This document shows positions 1-10,243 of a DNA stretch of 27,101 nucleotides, piece after piece. Numbering within the stretch: the first letter of the stretch is position 1; each line of letters begins with the position of its first letter. The notes under the pieces were generated by a model that saw only the letters and a list, made by a program, of their open reading frames with translations, had not been told where the DNA came from and did no database searches. The stretch comes from Chiloscyllium plagiosum (taxonomy: Eukaryota), in assembly GCF_004010195.1 (NCBI RefSeq), contig NC_057750.1:9334163-9361263 (forward strand), in the 5' to 3' direction. A program made the position numbers and the translations under genes.

Positions 1-236
1 TGTGTTCCCAGACGGGAATATCCCATGGGATCTCACTGAGCCACACATTGGGTTTGAGGGAGCATTTCCGAGAAGGAAGTGAGAATTCTAGGGAAAGGGG
101 TTCCAGAGCTTGGAACCCAAGCATGAGAACAGGAAATAGCAGTAAAAGGAGGCCACTCAGCCCCTTAAACCTGCTCTGCTACCCACCTGTATCAGGACTG
201 CTCTTCAACCTCAATCACAATTCGCCACACACTCAC

Positions 237-745
237 AGAATCATAGAGATGTACAGCATGTAAATAGATCCTTCGGCCCAACTCACCCATGCTGACCAGA
301 TACCCTAATCTAATCTAGTCCCATTTGCCAGCACCCGGCCCAAATCCCTCCAAACCCTTCCTATTCATATACCCATCCAGATGCCTTTTAAATGTTGCAA
401 TTGTACCAGCCTCCACCACTTCCTCTGGCAGCTCATTCCATACACGTACCACCTTCTGCGTGAAAAGGTTGCCCCTCAGGTCCCTTTTATATCTTTCCCC
501 TCTCACCCTAAACCTATGCCCTCTAGTTCTGGACTCCCCCACCCCAGGGAAAAGACCTTATCTATTTACCCTATCCATTCCCCTCATGATTTTATAAACC
601 TCTATAAAGTAACCCTTCAGCCTCTGACGCTCCAGGGAAAACAGCCCCAGCTTGTTCAGCCTCTCCCTGTAGCTCAGATCCTCCAACCCTGGCAACATCC
701 TTGTAAATCTTTTCTGAACCCCTTCGAGTTTCACAATATCCTTCC
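237..745 (-). mobile_element. CR1 LINE 3' fragment (ORF2 C-terminus and 3'UTR)
   Basis: Minus-strand ORFs 558-761 and 315-542 give typical CR1 C-terminal peptides (KDIVKLEGVQKRFTRMLPGL..., TRGHRFRVRGER...FTQKVVRVWNELPEEVVEAGTIATFKRHLDGYM); CR1-type 3' tail near 237-260. Confidence 0.92.
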
Positions 746-797
746 AGTCTCCATGATCCATTTGGTATCTTTAACATGTGCACGCATACCTCTCAGT

Positions 798-1340
798 TAG
801 GAGGAGGCCATTCAGCCCTTTGAGCTTGCATCACCAGTCAATGCAATCAGATTATGGCCTCAGCCTATGCCATTAGATACCATTTAAATGTCCAATCATG
901 GCTCTAGAAATCTATTGGTCTCTGCCCTCAATGAATGGTGGCATGGTGGCTCAGTGGTTAGCACTGCTGCCTCCCAGCACCAGGGACCCAGGTTCGATTC
1001 CCATCTCGGGTGACTGACTGCGTGGAGTTTGCACATTCTCCCCAAGTCTGCCTGGGTTTCCTCCAGGTGCTCCTCCCACAGTCCAATGATGGGCAGGTTA
1101 GGGTGGATTGGCCGTGTTATTTTCCCCACAGTGTGCAGGCTAGGTAGGTTAGCCACGGGGAACGTAGGGTTACAGGGATCGGTAGAGAGGTGGGTTTGCG
1201 TGGGATGCTGTTTGGAGGATTGGTGTGAATTTGATGGCCCGCTTTCACACTGTAGGGATCGACCATGGTTCTCTGGGGTAGAAGGTCCACCTCCCTCTGA
1301 GTGAGGAAATCCCTCCTGTTCCCAAGTGGGCACCTCTTCT
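798..1340 (-). mobile_element. Older CR1 3' remnant split by an HE1 SINE
   Basis: aggaggccattcagcccttt tail motif at about 800-820; CR1-like sequence resumes after the SINE (ctctggggtagaa...ccctctgagtgaggaaat). Confidence 0.6.
937..1259 (+). mobile_element. HE1-type tRNA-derived V-SINE
   Basis: A box TGGCTCAGTGG (947-957), B box GGTTCGATTCC (991-1001), V-domain gtggagtttgcacattctcccc, CR1-like tail ending cacactgtagggat. Confidence 0.9.
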
Positions 1341-1439
1341 TCTGAGAGTACACCCTTATTGCTTCAGATTCCTCCAGGCCATGGAGCAATTTTCGCAATT
1401 TTGCAAACATCTAAAACGCAGCCGAAGCCTTGGGCATTG

Positions 1440-1640
1440 ACGTAGGGGTGAAGGAATTTGGGGGACATGGAATTAGGAGGGCAGAAATCTCAAGGGGCAA
1501 TGGGGACCAGAGGGAGTAACTGAGTCAGAGGGATTTGAGGAAGATGGTGGGGATTTTTCAATCAACCCTGCCCCGGGCACAGGGGGTGATAGGTGATCAG
1601 GATTTGGCAAGCATTGGCATCTGGGCTGCAGAGTTTCGGT
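1440..1640 (-). mobile_element. Highly decayed L2 LINE remnant
   Basis: Purine-rich segment resembling the reverse complement of the L2 3' regions at 20660-20750 and 24930-25010 (gagggatttga motif). Confidence 0.4.
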
Positions 1641-1654
1641 CACAGCAAACATTT

Positions 1655-1679
1655 CCCCCCCCCCCCCCCCCCCCCCCCC
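1655..1679 (+). repeat. Poly(C) run, 25 nt
   Basis: Direct read. Confidence 0.95.
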
Positions 1680-1981
1680 ACCAACCCCACCAGCTTTCGC
1701 CCACTTCACCACCCTCTCCTAACACCAGGGACGGTGTTAGATCTGGTATCCAAGTGATGCTTTCATCTCTGAGCTTGTCTCCAGGCAACAGATTTCAGAT
1801 CTGGTACCAAGCTCCTCTCGAATCACAATCTGAACGGGTGAGGGGCAGAGCTACTAGACCAGAACAGACTCTGCCTGGGTACCTTCCAGACCCTGATCAC
1901 CACTTACACACCATTGCAAGTCTTCACTCCCCTTCACTGCCCACAGTTTGCCCCCTCCCTTGTTTACCATTTTCAATATGG

Positions 1982-2268
1982 TTTTAACTCATTTCTCAGA
2001 CCTGGGCAAGACCACCATTTGCTACCCGTCCCTAGTTGCCCCTTGAGGTGGTGGGGGTGAGCTGCCTTCTTGAACCGCTGCAGTCCGTCTGCTGTGGGTA
2101 CACCCATGATGCCCTGAGGGAGGGAGTTCCAGGACTTTGACCCAGAGATACTGAAGGAACAGCGAGATATTTCCAAGTCAGGATGGGAAGTTGCGGGGTC
2201 AGTGTACTCATGTATCTGTTTCTCCTGTCCTTCTAGATGGTAGAGGTCACAGGTTTGGAAAGTGCTGT
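1982..2268 (-). mobile_element. 3' end of a shark CR1/L2-group LINE (same family as 17312-17920)
   Basis: Reverse complement aligns to 17620-17920 (ttccaaacc..., catcctgacttgga, tggactgcagcggtt). Confidence 0.8.
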
Positions 2269-2291
2269 ATAGACATCGTAGAACATAACGT

Positions 2292-2555
2292 AGGGTGGCA
2301 CGGTGGCTCAGTGGTTAGCACTGCTGCCGCACAGAGCCAGGGACCCGGGTTCAATTCCCAACTCGGGCGACTGTCTGTGTGGAGTTTCTCCCCGTGTCTG
2401 CATGGGTTTCCTCCCACAATCCAAAGATGTGCAGGTTAGGGGTATTGGCAATGCTAAATTGCCCACAGTGTTAGGTGCATTGGTCAGGGAATTAGTCTGG
2501 GTGGATTGCTCTTCGGAGGGTCTGTTTCCATACTGTAGGAAATCTAATCAAAAAA
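2292..2555 (+). mobile_element. HE1-type SINE inserted in the tail of a CR1
   Basis: A box tggctcagtgg, B box ggttcaattcc, V-domain, tail catactgtaggaaatctaatc. Confidence 0.88.
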
Positions 2556-2557
2556 GC

Positions 2558-2798
2558 CAACATAGAGCAGGGCAGGCCCTTCAGCCCTTGATGTTGCACT
2601 GACCTGTGAAACCAATCTGAAGGCCATCTAACCTCCACTATTCCATTCTCATCCATGTGTTTATCCAATGACCATTTTAAATGCCCCTAATGTTGGTGAG
2701 TCTACTACTGTTGCAGGCAGGGCATTCCACACCCTTATTACTCTCTGAGTAAAGAACCTACCTCTGACATCTATCCTGGATCTACCACCCCTCAGTTT
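2558..2798 (-). mobile_element. CR1 3' fragment, second subfamily
   Basis: Homologous to 14684-14897 and 15641-16032 (aggcccttcagccc...gatgttg...tgtgaaac.aatctgaag). Confidence 0.85.
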
Positions 2799-2988
2799 CG
2801 GTCTGCCTGGTGCTGCTCCTGGCTTGGCCTCATGCACTCACCATTGAATTTGGGTTGATCCTGTGGCCTGATGGTAATGGCTGAGTGGCAGATACGCCAA
2901 GCCATGAGGTTGCAGATGGTGTTGGAGTACAATTCCACTGCGGTTGACAGCCCACAGCGCCTCCTAGAAGCTGGGTTTGGAACTGCTT
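2799..2988 (-). mobile_element. LINE ORF2 fragment (endonuclease-RT linker region)
   Basis: One minus frame reads RRRCGLSTAVELYSNTICNLMAWRICHSAITIRPQDQPKFNGECMRPSQEQHQA, resembling the 'QPWFN.EC' linker of CR1/L2-group ORF2. Confidence 0.6.
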
Positions 2989-3340
2989 GTTGTTACAGTT
3001 ACTTCCTGCCTCTGGGGGATAGAAATCCCCCACTGCCCGTGTTTGATATGAACCCAGTCAACAGAGCTATTCAATCATGGTGTGCAGCACATGAGGGCTT
3101 CAATCCGGATTATTCTCAGGTGAACCCCAGGGAAACAGCACCAAATCTCCCATCGGGGCAAATGGAAGTGAGAATAAGACAAATCCTCACCGCAGTCCCC
3201 TGGAAATGGCACCATAGCTCAGGCCTGGTCACAGTACAGCAGGAAGGTTACAGAGGCCTTAGAGAGGGACAAGCACAGATTCCTTTCCTTGTTCTTCCAT
3301 GAAAGGGGAGTCCACTATTTTTGTGGCCATTCCCAATTTC

Positions 3341-3685
3341 ACAGAATCCCTACAGTGCAGAAGGAGGACACTCGGCCCATCCAGTCCACACTGAACCTCT
3401 GCAGGGCATCCAATCCAGATCCAGCACACAGCCCTACACCTATAACCCTTCATTCCTCCATGGCTAACTCACCTACCCTACACATCCCTGGGCAAATTAG
3501 CACAGTCAATGCACCCTAACCTGCACTTCTTTGTGACTCTGGGAGGAAACCAAAGCCCCCAGGGGAAACCCACGCAGACACGGGGGGAATGTGCAAACTC
3601 CACACAGTCGCCCGAGGGTGGAACTGAACCTAGGTCCCTGGCGCTGGGAGGCAGCAGTGCTAACCACTGAGCCACCATGCCACCC
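3341..3685 (-). mobile_element. HE1-type SINE with duplicated internal segment
   Basis: Reverse-complement tRNA head (gcagcagtgctaaccactgagccaccatgccaccc) at about 3650-3685; tail agaatccctacagtg. Confidence 0.88.
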
Positions 3686-3699
3686 TTCATCAGGCTGGT

Positions 3700-3818
3700 A
3701 CTGGGGTTGAAAGGGTGAGAGTATGAGGGGAAATTATGCAGATTAGTCTGTAGACCCCTGAGGATTACAGCATGATCTTATTGAGATATTAGAGATGATT
3801 AAAGGATTTACTGGGTTA

Positions 3819-3861
<43 letters not shown>

Positions 3862-3937
3862 TTAATTTCCCTGGGGAAGTGAATGCAGAACAAAGAGGCA
3901 TAAACTTAAAAATCAGAGGGGTCATATAGGCATGAGG
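3700..3937 (+). mobile_element. Old CR1 fragment with a (GA)n microsatellite at 3818-3861
   Basis: tgatcttattgagatatt...aaaggattt and agaggcataaacttaaaaatcaga match decayed CR1 DLIE.YK and RGH.LKIR motifs. Confidence 0.65.
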
Positions 3938-4402
3938 TCATAGAGTCATGCAGCATGGAAACAGACCCTTCGGTCCAACCCGTCCATGCTGACCAGATAT
4001 CCCAACCCAATCTAGTCCCACCTGCCAGCACCTGGCCCAAATCCCTCCAAACCCTTCCTATTCATAGAACCATTCTAATGCCTCTTAAATGCTGCAATTG
4101 TAACAGCCTCCACCACTTCCTCTGGCAGCTCATTCCACACACACACCTCTTTCCCCTCTCACCCTAAACCTATGCCCTCTAGTTCTAGACTCCCCCACCC
4201 CAGGGAAGAGAGGCCTTTTTACCAGGGTTGGGGAAAGTCCAAAACTAAAGGGTTAAGGCGAGAGGGGAAAGATACAAAAGGGACCTAAGGGGCAACTTTT
4301 TCACACAGAGGGTGGTGTGTGTGGAATGAGCTGCCAGAGGATGTGGTAGAGTCGGGTATGATTACAACATTTAAAAGGCATTTCGATGGGTACATGGGTA
4401 GG

Positions 4403-4608
4403 GGAAAGTGAGGACTGCAGATGCTGGAGCTCAGAGTCAAGATTAGAGTGGTGCTGGAAAAGCACAGCAGGTCAGGCAGCATCCGAGGAGCAGGAGAGTT
4501 GACGTTTCAGGCATTCCTGATGAAGGGCTTATGCCTGAAACATCGATTCTCCTGTTCCTCAGATGCTGCCCGACCTGCTGTGCTTTTCCAGCACCACACT
4601 CTTGACTT
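4403..4608 (+). mobile_element. Penelope-like fold-back element with hammerhead motif
   Basis: About 80-bp inverted arms (4434-4514, 4531-4608); 16-bp target duplication tgggtacatggRtagg (4387-4402, 4609-4624). Confidence 0.75.
4513..4548 (+). ncRNA. Minimal type-I hammerhead ribozyme motif, CpG-decayed
   Basis: CTGATGA(4517-4523)-A-GGGC-ttat-GCCT-GAAA-C-ATC; stem I imperfect (ATTC/GATT). Confidence 0.6.
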
Positions 4609-5177
4609 TGGGTACATGGATAGGAAAGGTTTAGAGGGATATGGGCCAAATGCTGGCAAATGGATGTAGTTTAGTTTGGGAAACTTTGTCAACACCGACG
4701 GGTCGGACCGAAGGGTCTGTGTCCGTGCTGTACATCTCTATGACTCTACCCACCTTACCCATACCCCCTTTGATTTTAGAAACCTCCATAAGGTCACCCC
4801 TCAGCCTCCGACGCTCCAGGGAAAACAGCCCCAGCCTTTCCTTGTAACTCAAACCCTCCAATTGCGGTAGCATCCAGGTAAATCTTTCCTGAACCCGCTC
4901 CGACTTGATAATATCCTTCATGTTAGGAAGGTGGGGGGGAGTGATGAAACGTAGAGCTGTCCCTTCCTCCAGGCTGCGGGCAATAGAAAAGTTAAAAACC
5001 AAGGTAGAAGAGATTTTTGTCGGCACAGGCTACAGATTGAATTTAAAAGGCGGGCTAGGTTGGAGCAGTTGAAAGGCCTGCTCTTGAAGAAAGCAAAGAG
5101 ACATTTAAGAAAGCAAAGTCAGATTAACACAGTGGTTTTGGAAGGTTGCAGGGACTTTATGCTTAAACAATCAAATA

Positions 5178-5400
5178 ATGAGTAGGCCATTCAGCCCTTC
5201 GATCCTGCTCTGCCACATGATAGGATCTCTGGTGGTCTGATTACCCCTGCCTGCTGCACAATACCCAATGGCTCCCCCTGTTGGTCAGCAATCCAGCTTC
5301 TGCTGTCTACTGATGTCAATGCCCTTGGTCTCCAGCCCCCTACCCGGAAGAGAATCCCACAGTCTCATCACACTCTCGGGGAGAAACAAACTGAAGTCAC
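5178..5400 (-). mobile_element. Old CR1 3'UTR remnant
   Basis: gagtaggccattcagcccttcgatcctgctctgcca tail motif; ggaagagaatcccacagtctcatcacactctc. Confidence 0.55.
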
Positions 5401-5444
5401 TCTTCAATCGCTGCCCGTCCCGCCCAATCCCCTGAAAAACACTC

Positions 5445-5870
5445 AGAACTCAGGCTATTTGGCTGGGCGAGGCATCGCAGCCCAACTCCACCCTTCCCTC
5501 TTCCTCCCTGTAAGCCCAGTCAACACATGGGCTGGTTCTCAGAGGGGAGTGCCTGGGGCTTGTCCTGACAGGCTGTGGTCTCTCCTGGGTGCTCATGTGG
5601 TTGGATTCAGTCAGTCCCAAGCATTGACTTGGGGGGGAAGACAGCAAGAAGGACCTTTTCCCCGAATGGAGGTGATCTCACGGCGGGCAGCTATTCGCCC
5701 ACAGTGGCATCACCAGCTCGCACCTCACTCAGAGACCCTCCCCCATTGACAAACGGTGTGCGTTGTCAAAGTAGATCTGTCTGACACACTTGACTGTGTC
5801 AGGCTGGGATGGAGCTTCGACCTAGACCTCCCAGCTCTGAGGCGAGGACATTACCATTCCACTGGAGCGC
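5445..5870 (-). mobile_element. Ancient tRNA-headed SINE remnant(s)
   Basis: Reverse complement of 5810-5868 gives a degenerate A/B-box head; a shared core motif occurs at 5448-5495 and 5685-5725 and also at 16873-16920 (+). Confidence 0.4.
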
Positions 5871-6424
5871 CGTCAACCCGTTTTCGACTTGCGCCGCTCC
5901 TTTAAATCACACATTATCCTTCTGGCTTAATTATTTCAATCTTAAAGGGAAGTTGCCAACCTTTGAAACCATCCTTGCTTATAGAAACTGCGTTGATCGT
6001 TGCTAGACACGAGGTACAGACACCACTTTACATCACATTGTATTCCCCAGGCGTGTTAAATTATACATGTCTTGTTTAAAGCTAGCAAGCAGCTTGCTTT
6101 TCACAACCTAGTGTTAACATCTAACTATTTTAAAATCACTGTGAAAGTGCAGGGTAGCCTTACATAACTTCCCACTTCAAAGGTACATCTAGGGCAGATC
6201 CTTTTTTTAAAAAAAAGCACTTGATCGACTGAAGTGGTCTCAGGAATGGAGGGGAGGGTGCACGCCAAATAATATTTTGAATTCCACAGTCCACTCGGCC
6301 CATCGAGTCGGTGGACGTTCATTGCAAAAGAAAGCTGTTCTGATTTTGTTTTGAAAAGGGGGGGTGAGGGGAGGGGAGGGGAAAGAGGGAAGCAGATTGT
6401 GGTTTAAAGAGGAAGATTGGACGA

Positions 6425-6924
6425 NNNNNNNNNNNNNNNNNNNNNNNNNNNNNNNNNNNNNNNNNNNNNNNNNNNNNNNNNNNNNNNNNNNNNNNNNNNN
6501 NNNNNNNNNNNNNNNNNNNNNNNNNNNNNNNNNNNNNNNNNNNNNNNNNNNNNNNNNNNNNNNNNNNNNNNNNNNNNNNNNNNNNNNNNNNNNNNNNNNN
6601 NNNNNNNNNNNNNNNNNNNNNNNNNNNNNNNNNNNNNNNNNNNNNNNNNNNNNNNNNNNNNNNNNNNNNNNNNNNNNNNNNNNNNNNNNNNNNNNNNNNN
6701 NNNNNNNNNNNNNNNNNNNNNNNNNNNNNNNNNNNNNNNNNNNNNNNNNNNNNNNNNNNNNNNNNNNNNNNNNNNNNNNNNNNNNNNNNNNNNNNNNNNN
6801 NNNNNNNNNNNNNNNNNNNNNNNNNNNNNNNNNNNNNNNNNNNNNNNNNNNNNNNNNNNNNNNNNNNNNNNNNNNNNNNNNNNNNNNNNNNNNNNNNNNN
6901 NNNNNNNNNNNNNNNNNNNNNNNN
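6425..6924. other. Scaffold gap (500 N)
   Basis: Exactly 500 N flanked by GA-rich low-complexity sequence. Confidence 0.99.
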
Positions 6925-7627
6925 AAAGAGAGAGAGAGAGAGGTGGAGGATTGTAATGGGAAAAGTGAGGGTGGGGTGGAGGAGGGAAGAGAGAGGGAGG
7001 ACAAGTCTGCCTCCAGTTTTCAGGAAGCCAGGAATTGTTTCCAGAGTAATCAAATCCTGAAAGCAGCACTGAGCTAAAAATAGGAAGCAAAGAAATCAGC
7101 TCAAAATTAACTCAGTAAAAATTAATTAACTCTCTCCAGCGTGTTGGTTCAAAATGCTTTGAGTTCCACTGATACCTATTTCTAAAATAAAACAATAAAA
7201 TCCAATCCTGCACTTAATGAGGGAGATGGAAACACAGACTCAACTCTCCTGGAGGTGCTGTCCTGGACTCCTCAGCCAAGTGGCTATTCTCTCAAGTCTG
7301 GGGGAATGTGGATTAAATATCAACAAGCTATTCGACTTTGGGAGGTGGCGTTGCAGCCATTTGAAGCTGCAAAGTGCCTTTGTCCTGGCACCCTGCAATC
7401 AGAGGGCTGGAATATTTAATCATTCCTGATCTTTGGGTGGGGTCAGCCCTCCCCAGTCTGTAGCACCTCCTCCAGCTTTCGATCGCTCTCAGATCACTCA
7501 GGTTGTCTCCCACTATTGATAATCAAACCTTCAGCTGCCTGGGGCAGGAGCACTGCAGTTCCTTCCCTAAAAGCTCTCTGCCTTTTTCTTTTTATAACCT
7601 TACCATTTTGAACAGGAAGGTGCCAGC

Positions 7628-7780
7628 CTATTAACGCAGAGACCCAGATAATGTCCTGGGACCCAGGTTCAAATCCTGCCTCAGCAGATAATGGAATTTG
7701 AGTTCAATTTAAAACTAAACTCTAGGGTGTAATGATGACTGTACTGGCCTAGCCTTCATCCTGTGAGTGAATTAAAAAGA
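7628..7780 (+). mobile_element. Shark tRNA-derived SINE 'family B', internally deleted
   Basis: gagacccagataatgtcctgggacccaggttcaaatcc...gcagat...gaatttgagttcaa; homologous to 23150-23295 and 25840-25990. Confidence 0.7.
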
Positions 7781-7805
7781 AAACTCTGCACTCTATGTTT
7801 GTTCA

Positions 7806-7900
7806 GCCACTCTTGTAGTGCAGTGGTAGTGATCATAAACTCTGGAGCAGGAGATCCGCTTTCAAGTCCTACCTGTCTCAGAGATGTATCATAATACATC
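7806..7900 (+). mobile_element. Short tRNA-derived SINE 'family C'
   Basis: gtgcagtggtagtg...ctctggagcaggag...ttcaagtcc head; related head at 14420-14485. Confidence 0.55.
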
Positions 7901-7909
7901 TAATTGCTC

Positions 7910-7992
7910 CCCCTGATGAAGGAGCAACACTCTGAAAGACTGTGATTTCAAATAAACCTGTTGGACTATAACCTGGTGTCATGTGACTTCAG
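7910..7992 (+). mobile_element. Penelope-like terminal remnant (family 2) with decayed hammerhead and AATAAA
   Basis: CTGATGA(7913-7919)-A-GGAG-caaca-CTCT-GAAA, then AATAAA (7951-7956) and ggactataacctggtgt; homologous to the reverse complement of 14038-14115. Confidence 0.7.
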
Positions 7993-8022
7993 AACTGATT
8001 AAAAAATACCAATGACAAATGT

Positions 8023-8340
8023 TGGTGGCATGGTGGCTCAGTGGTTGGCACTGCTGCCTCACAGCGCCAGGAACCCGCATTTGATTCCTGCCTCGGGCGA
8101 CTGTCAGTGTGGAGTTTGCACGTTCTCCCCATGTCTGTGTGGGTTTCCTCCGGGTGCTCCGGTTTCCTCCCACAGTCCAAAGATGTGCGGGTCAGGGTGG
8201 ATTGGCCATGGTAAATTGGCCATAGTGTTAGGTGCATTAGTCAGAGGGAAATGGGTCTGGGTGGGTTACTCTTTGGAGGGTTGGCGTTGATTTGTTGGGC
8301 TGAAGGGCCTGTTTTCACACTGTAGGGAATTGAATCTAAA
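8023..8340 (+). mobile_element. HE1-type SINE, near full length
   Basis: tRNA head, V-domain, tail cacactgtagggaattgaatctaaa. Confidence 0.9.
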
Positions 8341-9192
8341 AACGAAATCCCCCCCCCCCAAAGTCTCTCTGGCTTGGTGATAATTTTGTCCCTGATTGCC
8401 CCTCTGATCAAGAGAGTGTTTCACTGTGTGTGAACAGCACTAACATGAATGTGAAACCTTGACAAAATTTTTTGTCCCTTTGCAAAGGACCACCTATTTG
8501 TCCTTTTGGATGATAAACTGGAAAATGGACATTGCAATGTAGCTGATAATTAGCAAGAGAATGTTTTTATTCCCAAAGTTTGAAGATGAAGTGGGATTGT
8601 AAACACTTTAGTGTTACAAGACCTTATGGAGCAGGGATACATTTTGAGACTCCAACGTTACCAGGGCTTTTTGAGTTAAGGACAGACTGCCTAGCGACAG
8701 CCTTCAGATCGGTCCAGCTGCTATTTATTAAAGAGTTGTGGGCACAGCGCAGCAGTCAGAGACCTCCAGGGACTGCGATCAGAAAACATCTCTCCCTCTT
8801 TCTTTTTCTCATCCCTCTCTTTGTACAAGTGAAAAGACAAAAAAAAAACAAATGGTGAAGACTCAAAAGAAAGAATTCTGATGAAAGGAAAGACCAAAGT
8901 CCAGTTGTTCAGCTATTGGTTCGAAGATCAACCATCATTCTGCAGGCAACATGGTACTATCAATGAAAGGAACTGAGAAAAGTAACTCCCCACTGGTAGT
9001 CTGGATTTTTGGTCCACAGAAATTATTTTCTGTTGACATATTTTCTTTCAAAACATTGTGTTAAAGTGTCTGTTTTGCTGAATGAAATTGGGTGTGTGTA
9101 TAGATGGGTTGGGGGGGGGAAGGTTGGTTTTAAGTTGCTTTGTTGTAATTAGACCATTTTTTCTTTCATTTGCTAAAAGAACAATATTATCG

Positions 9193-9953
9193 TAGAATCC
9201 CCACAGTGTGGAAGCAGGCCATCTGGCCTATCGAGTGCACACCAACCCTCCAAAGAGCATCCCAGCCTTTCCCATGGCTAATCCACCCTAACCTGCACGT
9301 CCCTGGGCACTGTAGGTAATTTAGTTTGGCCAATGCATGCTAATCTGCATGTCCCTGGACACTATGGGTAATTTAGCATGGCCAATCCGCCCTAACCTGC
9401 ACATCCATGGACACTATGGGTAATTTAACACGGCCAATCCACCCTAACCTGCACATCCCTGGGCACTATGAGTAAATTAGCATGGCTAATCCACCCTAAC
9501 CTGTACGTCCCTGGGCACTATGGGTAATTTAGCATGGCCAATGCACACTAACCTGCATGTCCCTGGACACTATGGGTAATTTAGCACAGCCGATCCGCCC
9601 TAACCTGCACGTCCCTGGGCACTATGAGTAAATTAGCATGGCTAATCCACCCTAACCTGCACGTCCCTGGGCACTATGGGTAATTTAGCATGGCTAATCC
9701 ACCTAACCTGCATGTTCCTGGCACTATGGGTAATTTAGCATTGCCAATCCACCCTAACCTGCACGTCCCTGTGCACTATGGGTAATTTAACATGGCCAAT
9801 CCACCCTAACCTGCACGTCCCTGGGCACTATGGGTAATTTAACATGGCCAATCCGCCCTAACCTGCACGTCCCTGGGCACTATGGGTAATTTAGCATGGC
9901 CAATCCACCCTAACCTGCACGTCCCTGGGCACTATGGGTAATTTAACACGGCC
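9193..9953 (-). repeat. HE1 SINE tail plus ~13 x 52-bp minisatellite derived from an HE1 internal segment
   Basis: Unit ggccaatccaccctaacctgcacgtccctgggcactatgggtaatttagcat; ctaaYctg anchors at 9288, 9340, 9392, 9444, 9496, 9548, 9600, 9652, 9703, 9754, 9806, 9858, 9910. Confidence 0.95.
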
Positions 9954-10057
9954 TACTCCTGCTCCATTTTTATCCAACGATGAAAGCTGATGTGAATTTC
10001 TTTTATCCTGAAGAGCAGTCCATCAAGCAAGTAGATCATCTTGATAAGGTTAGCACC

Positions 10058-10243
10058 AAAAACAGAGATTGCTGGATAAGCTCAGCAGGTCTGACAGCAT
10101 CCGTGAAGAGAAGTCAGAGTTAATGTTGTGGGTTATCGGATCTAATTTCTCTCCACTGATGCTGCCAGACCCGCAGAGCTTTACCAGTAACTTTCTGTTT
10201 TGTTTCTGACTTCCAGCATCCACAGTCCTTTCGGTTTTTATTT
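10058..10243 (+). mobile_element. Penelope-like fold-back element lacking the hammerhead core
   Basis: Inverted arms 10058-10118 and 10141-10201; terminal motif ccagcatccacagtcct shared with 12469-12486 and the reverse complement of 4411-4427. Confidence 0.65.

Larger units (their letters stand above)
4213..4748 (+). mobile_element. CR1 3' fragment, nested and itself interrupted by a Penelope-like fold-back
   Basis: gggacctaaggggcaactttttcacacagagggtggtg...ggaatgagctgccagagga; tail tacatctctatgactcta. Confidence 0.88.
3938..4918 (-). mobile_element. CR1 3' fragment (3938-4210 and 4749-4918) split by a plus-strand CR1
   Basis: Both pieces are colinear with the CR1 at 237-745; ORF 4631-5026 contains KDIIKSERVQERFTWMLPQLEGLSYKERLGLFSLERRRLRGDL. 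Confidence 0.85.

Noticed and set aside
937..1010. tRNA gene (and other A/B-box heads in the window)
   Set aside because: Each continues into a SINE body, so these are tRNA-derived SINE heads rather than tRNA genes.
1535..1987. 150-aa proline-rich ORF
   Set aside because: Driven by a poly(C) run and an L2 remnant, and it starts at a non-ATG codon.
2871..3302. 143-aa plus-strand ORF
   Set aside because: The 5' part is the antisense of a LINE ORF2 fragment; no recognisable domain.
6288..6318. Hairpin gtccac...gtggac as a structured RNA
   Set aside because: Short stem, and the core cactcggcccatcgagtc resembles CR1/SINE 3' tail remnants.
6240..7090. ORFs of 179-254 aa
   Set aside because: They span the 500-N gap and low-complexity flanks.
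8876..8900. CTGATGA motif as another hammerhead (also ctgacga near 10731)
   Set aside because: No stem II closing onto GAAA and no stem I pairing.
9273..9953. CRISPR-like array
   Set aside because: Head-to-tail units without unique spacers, derived from a SINE, in eukaryotic context.
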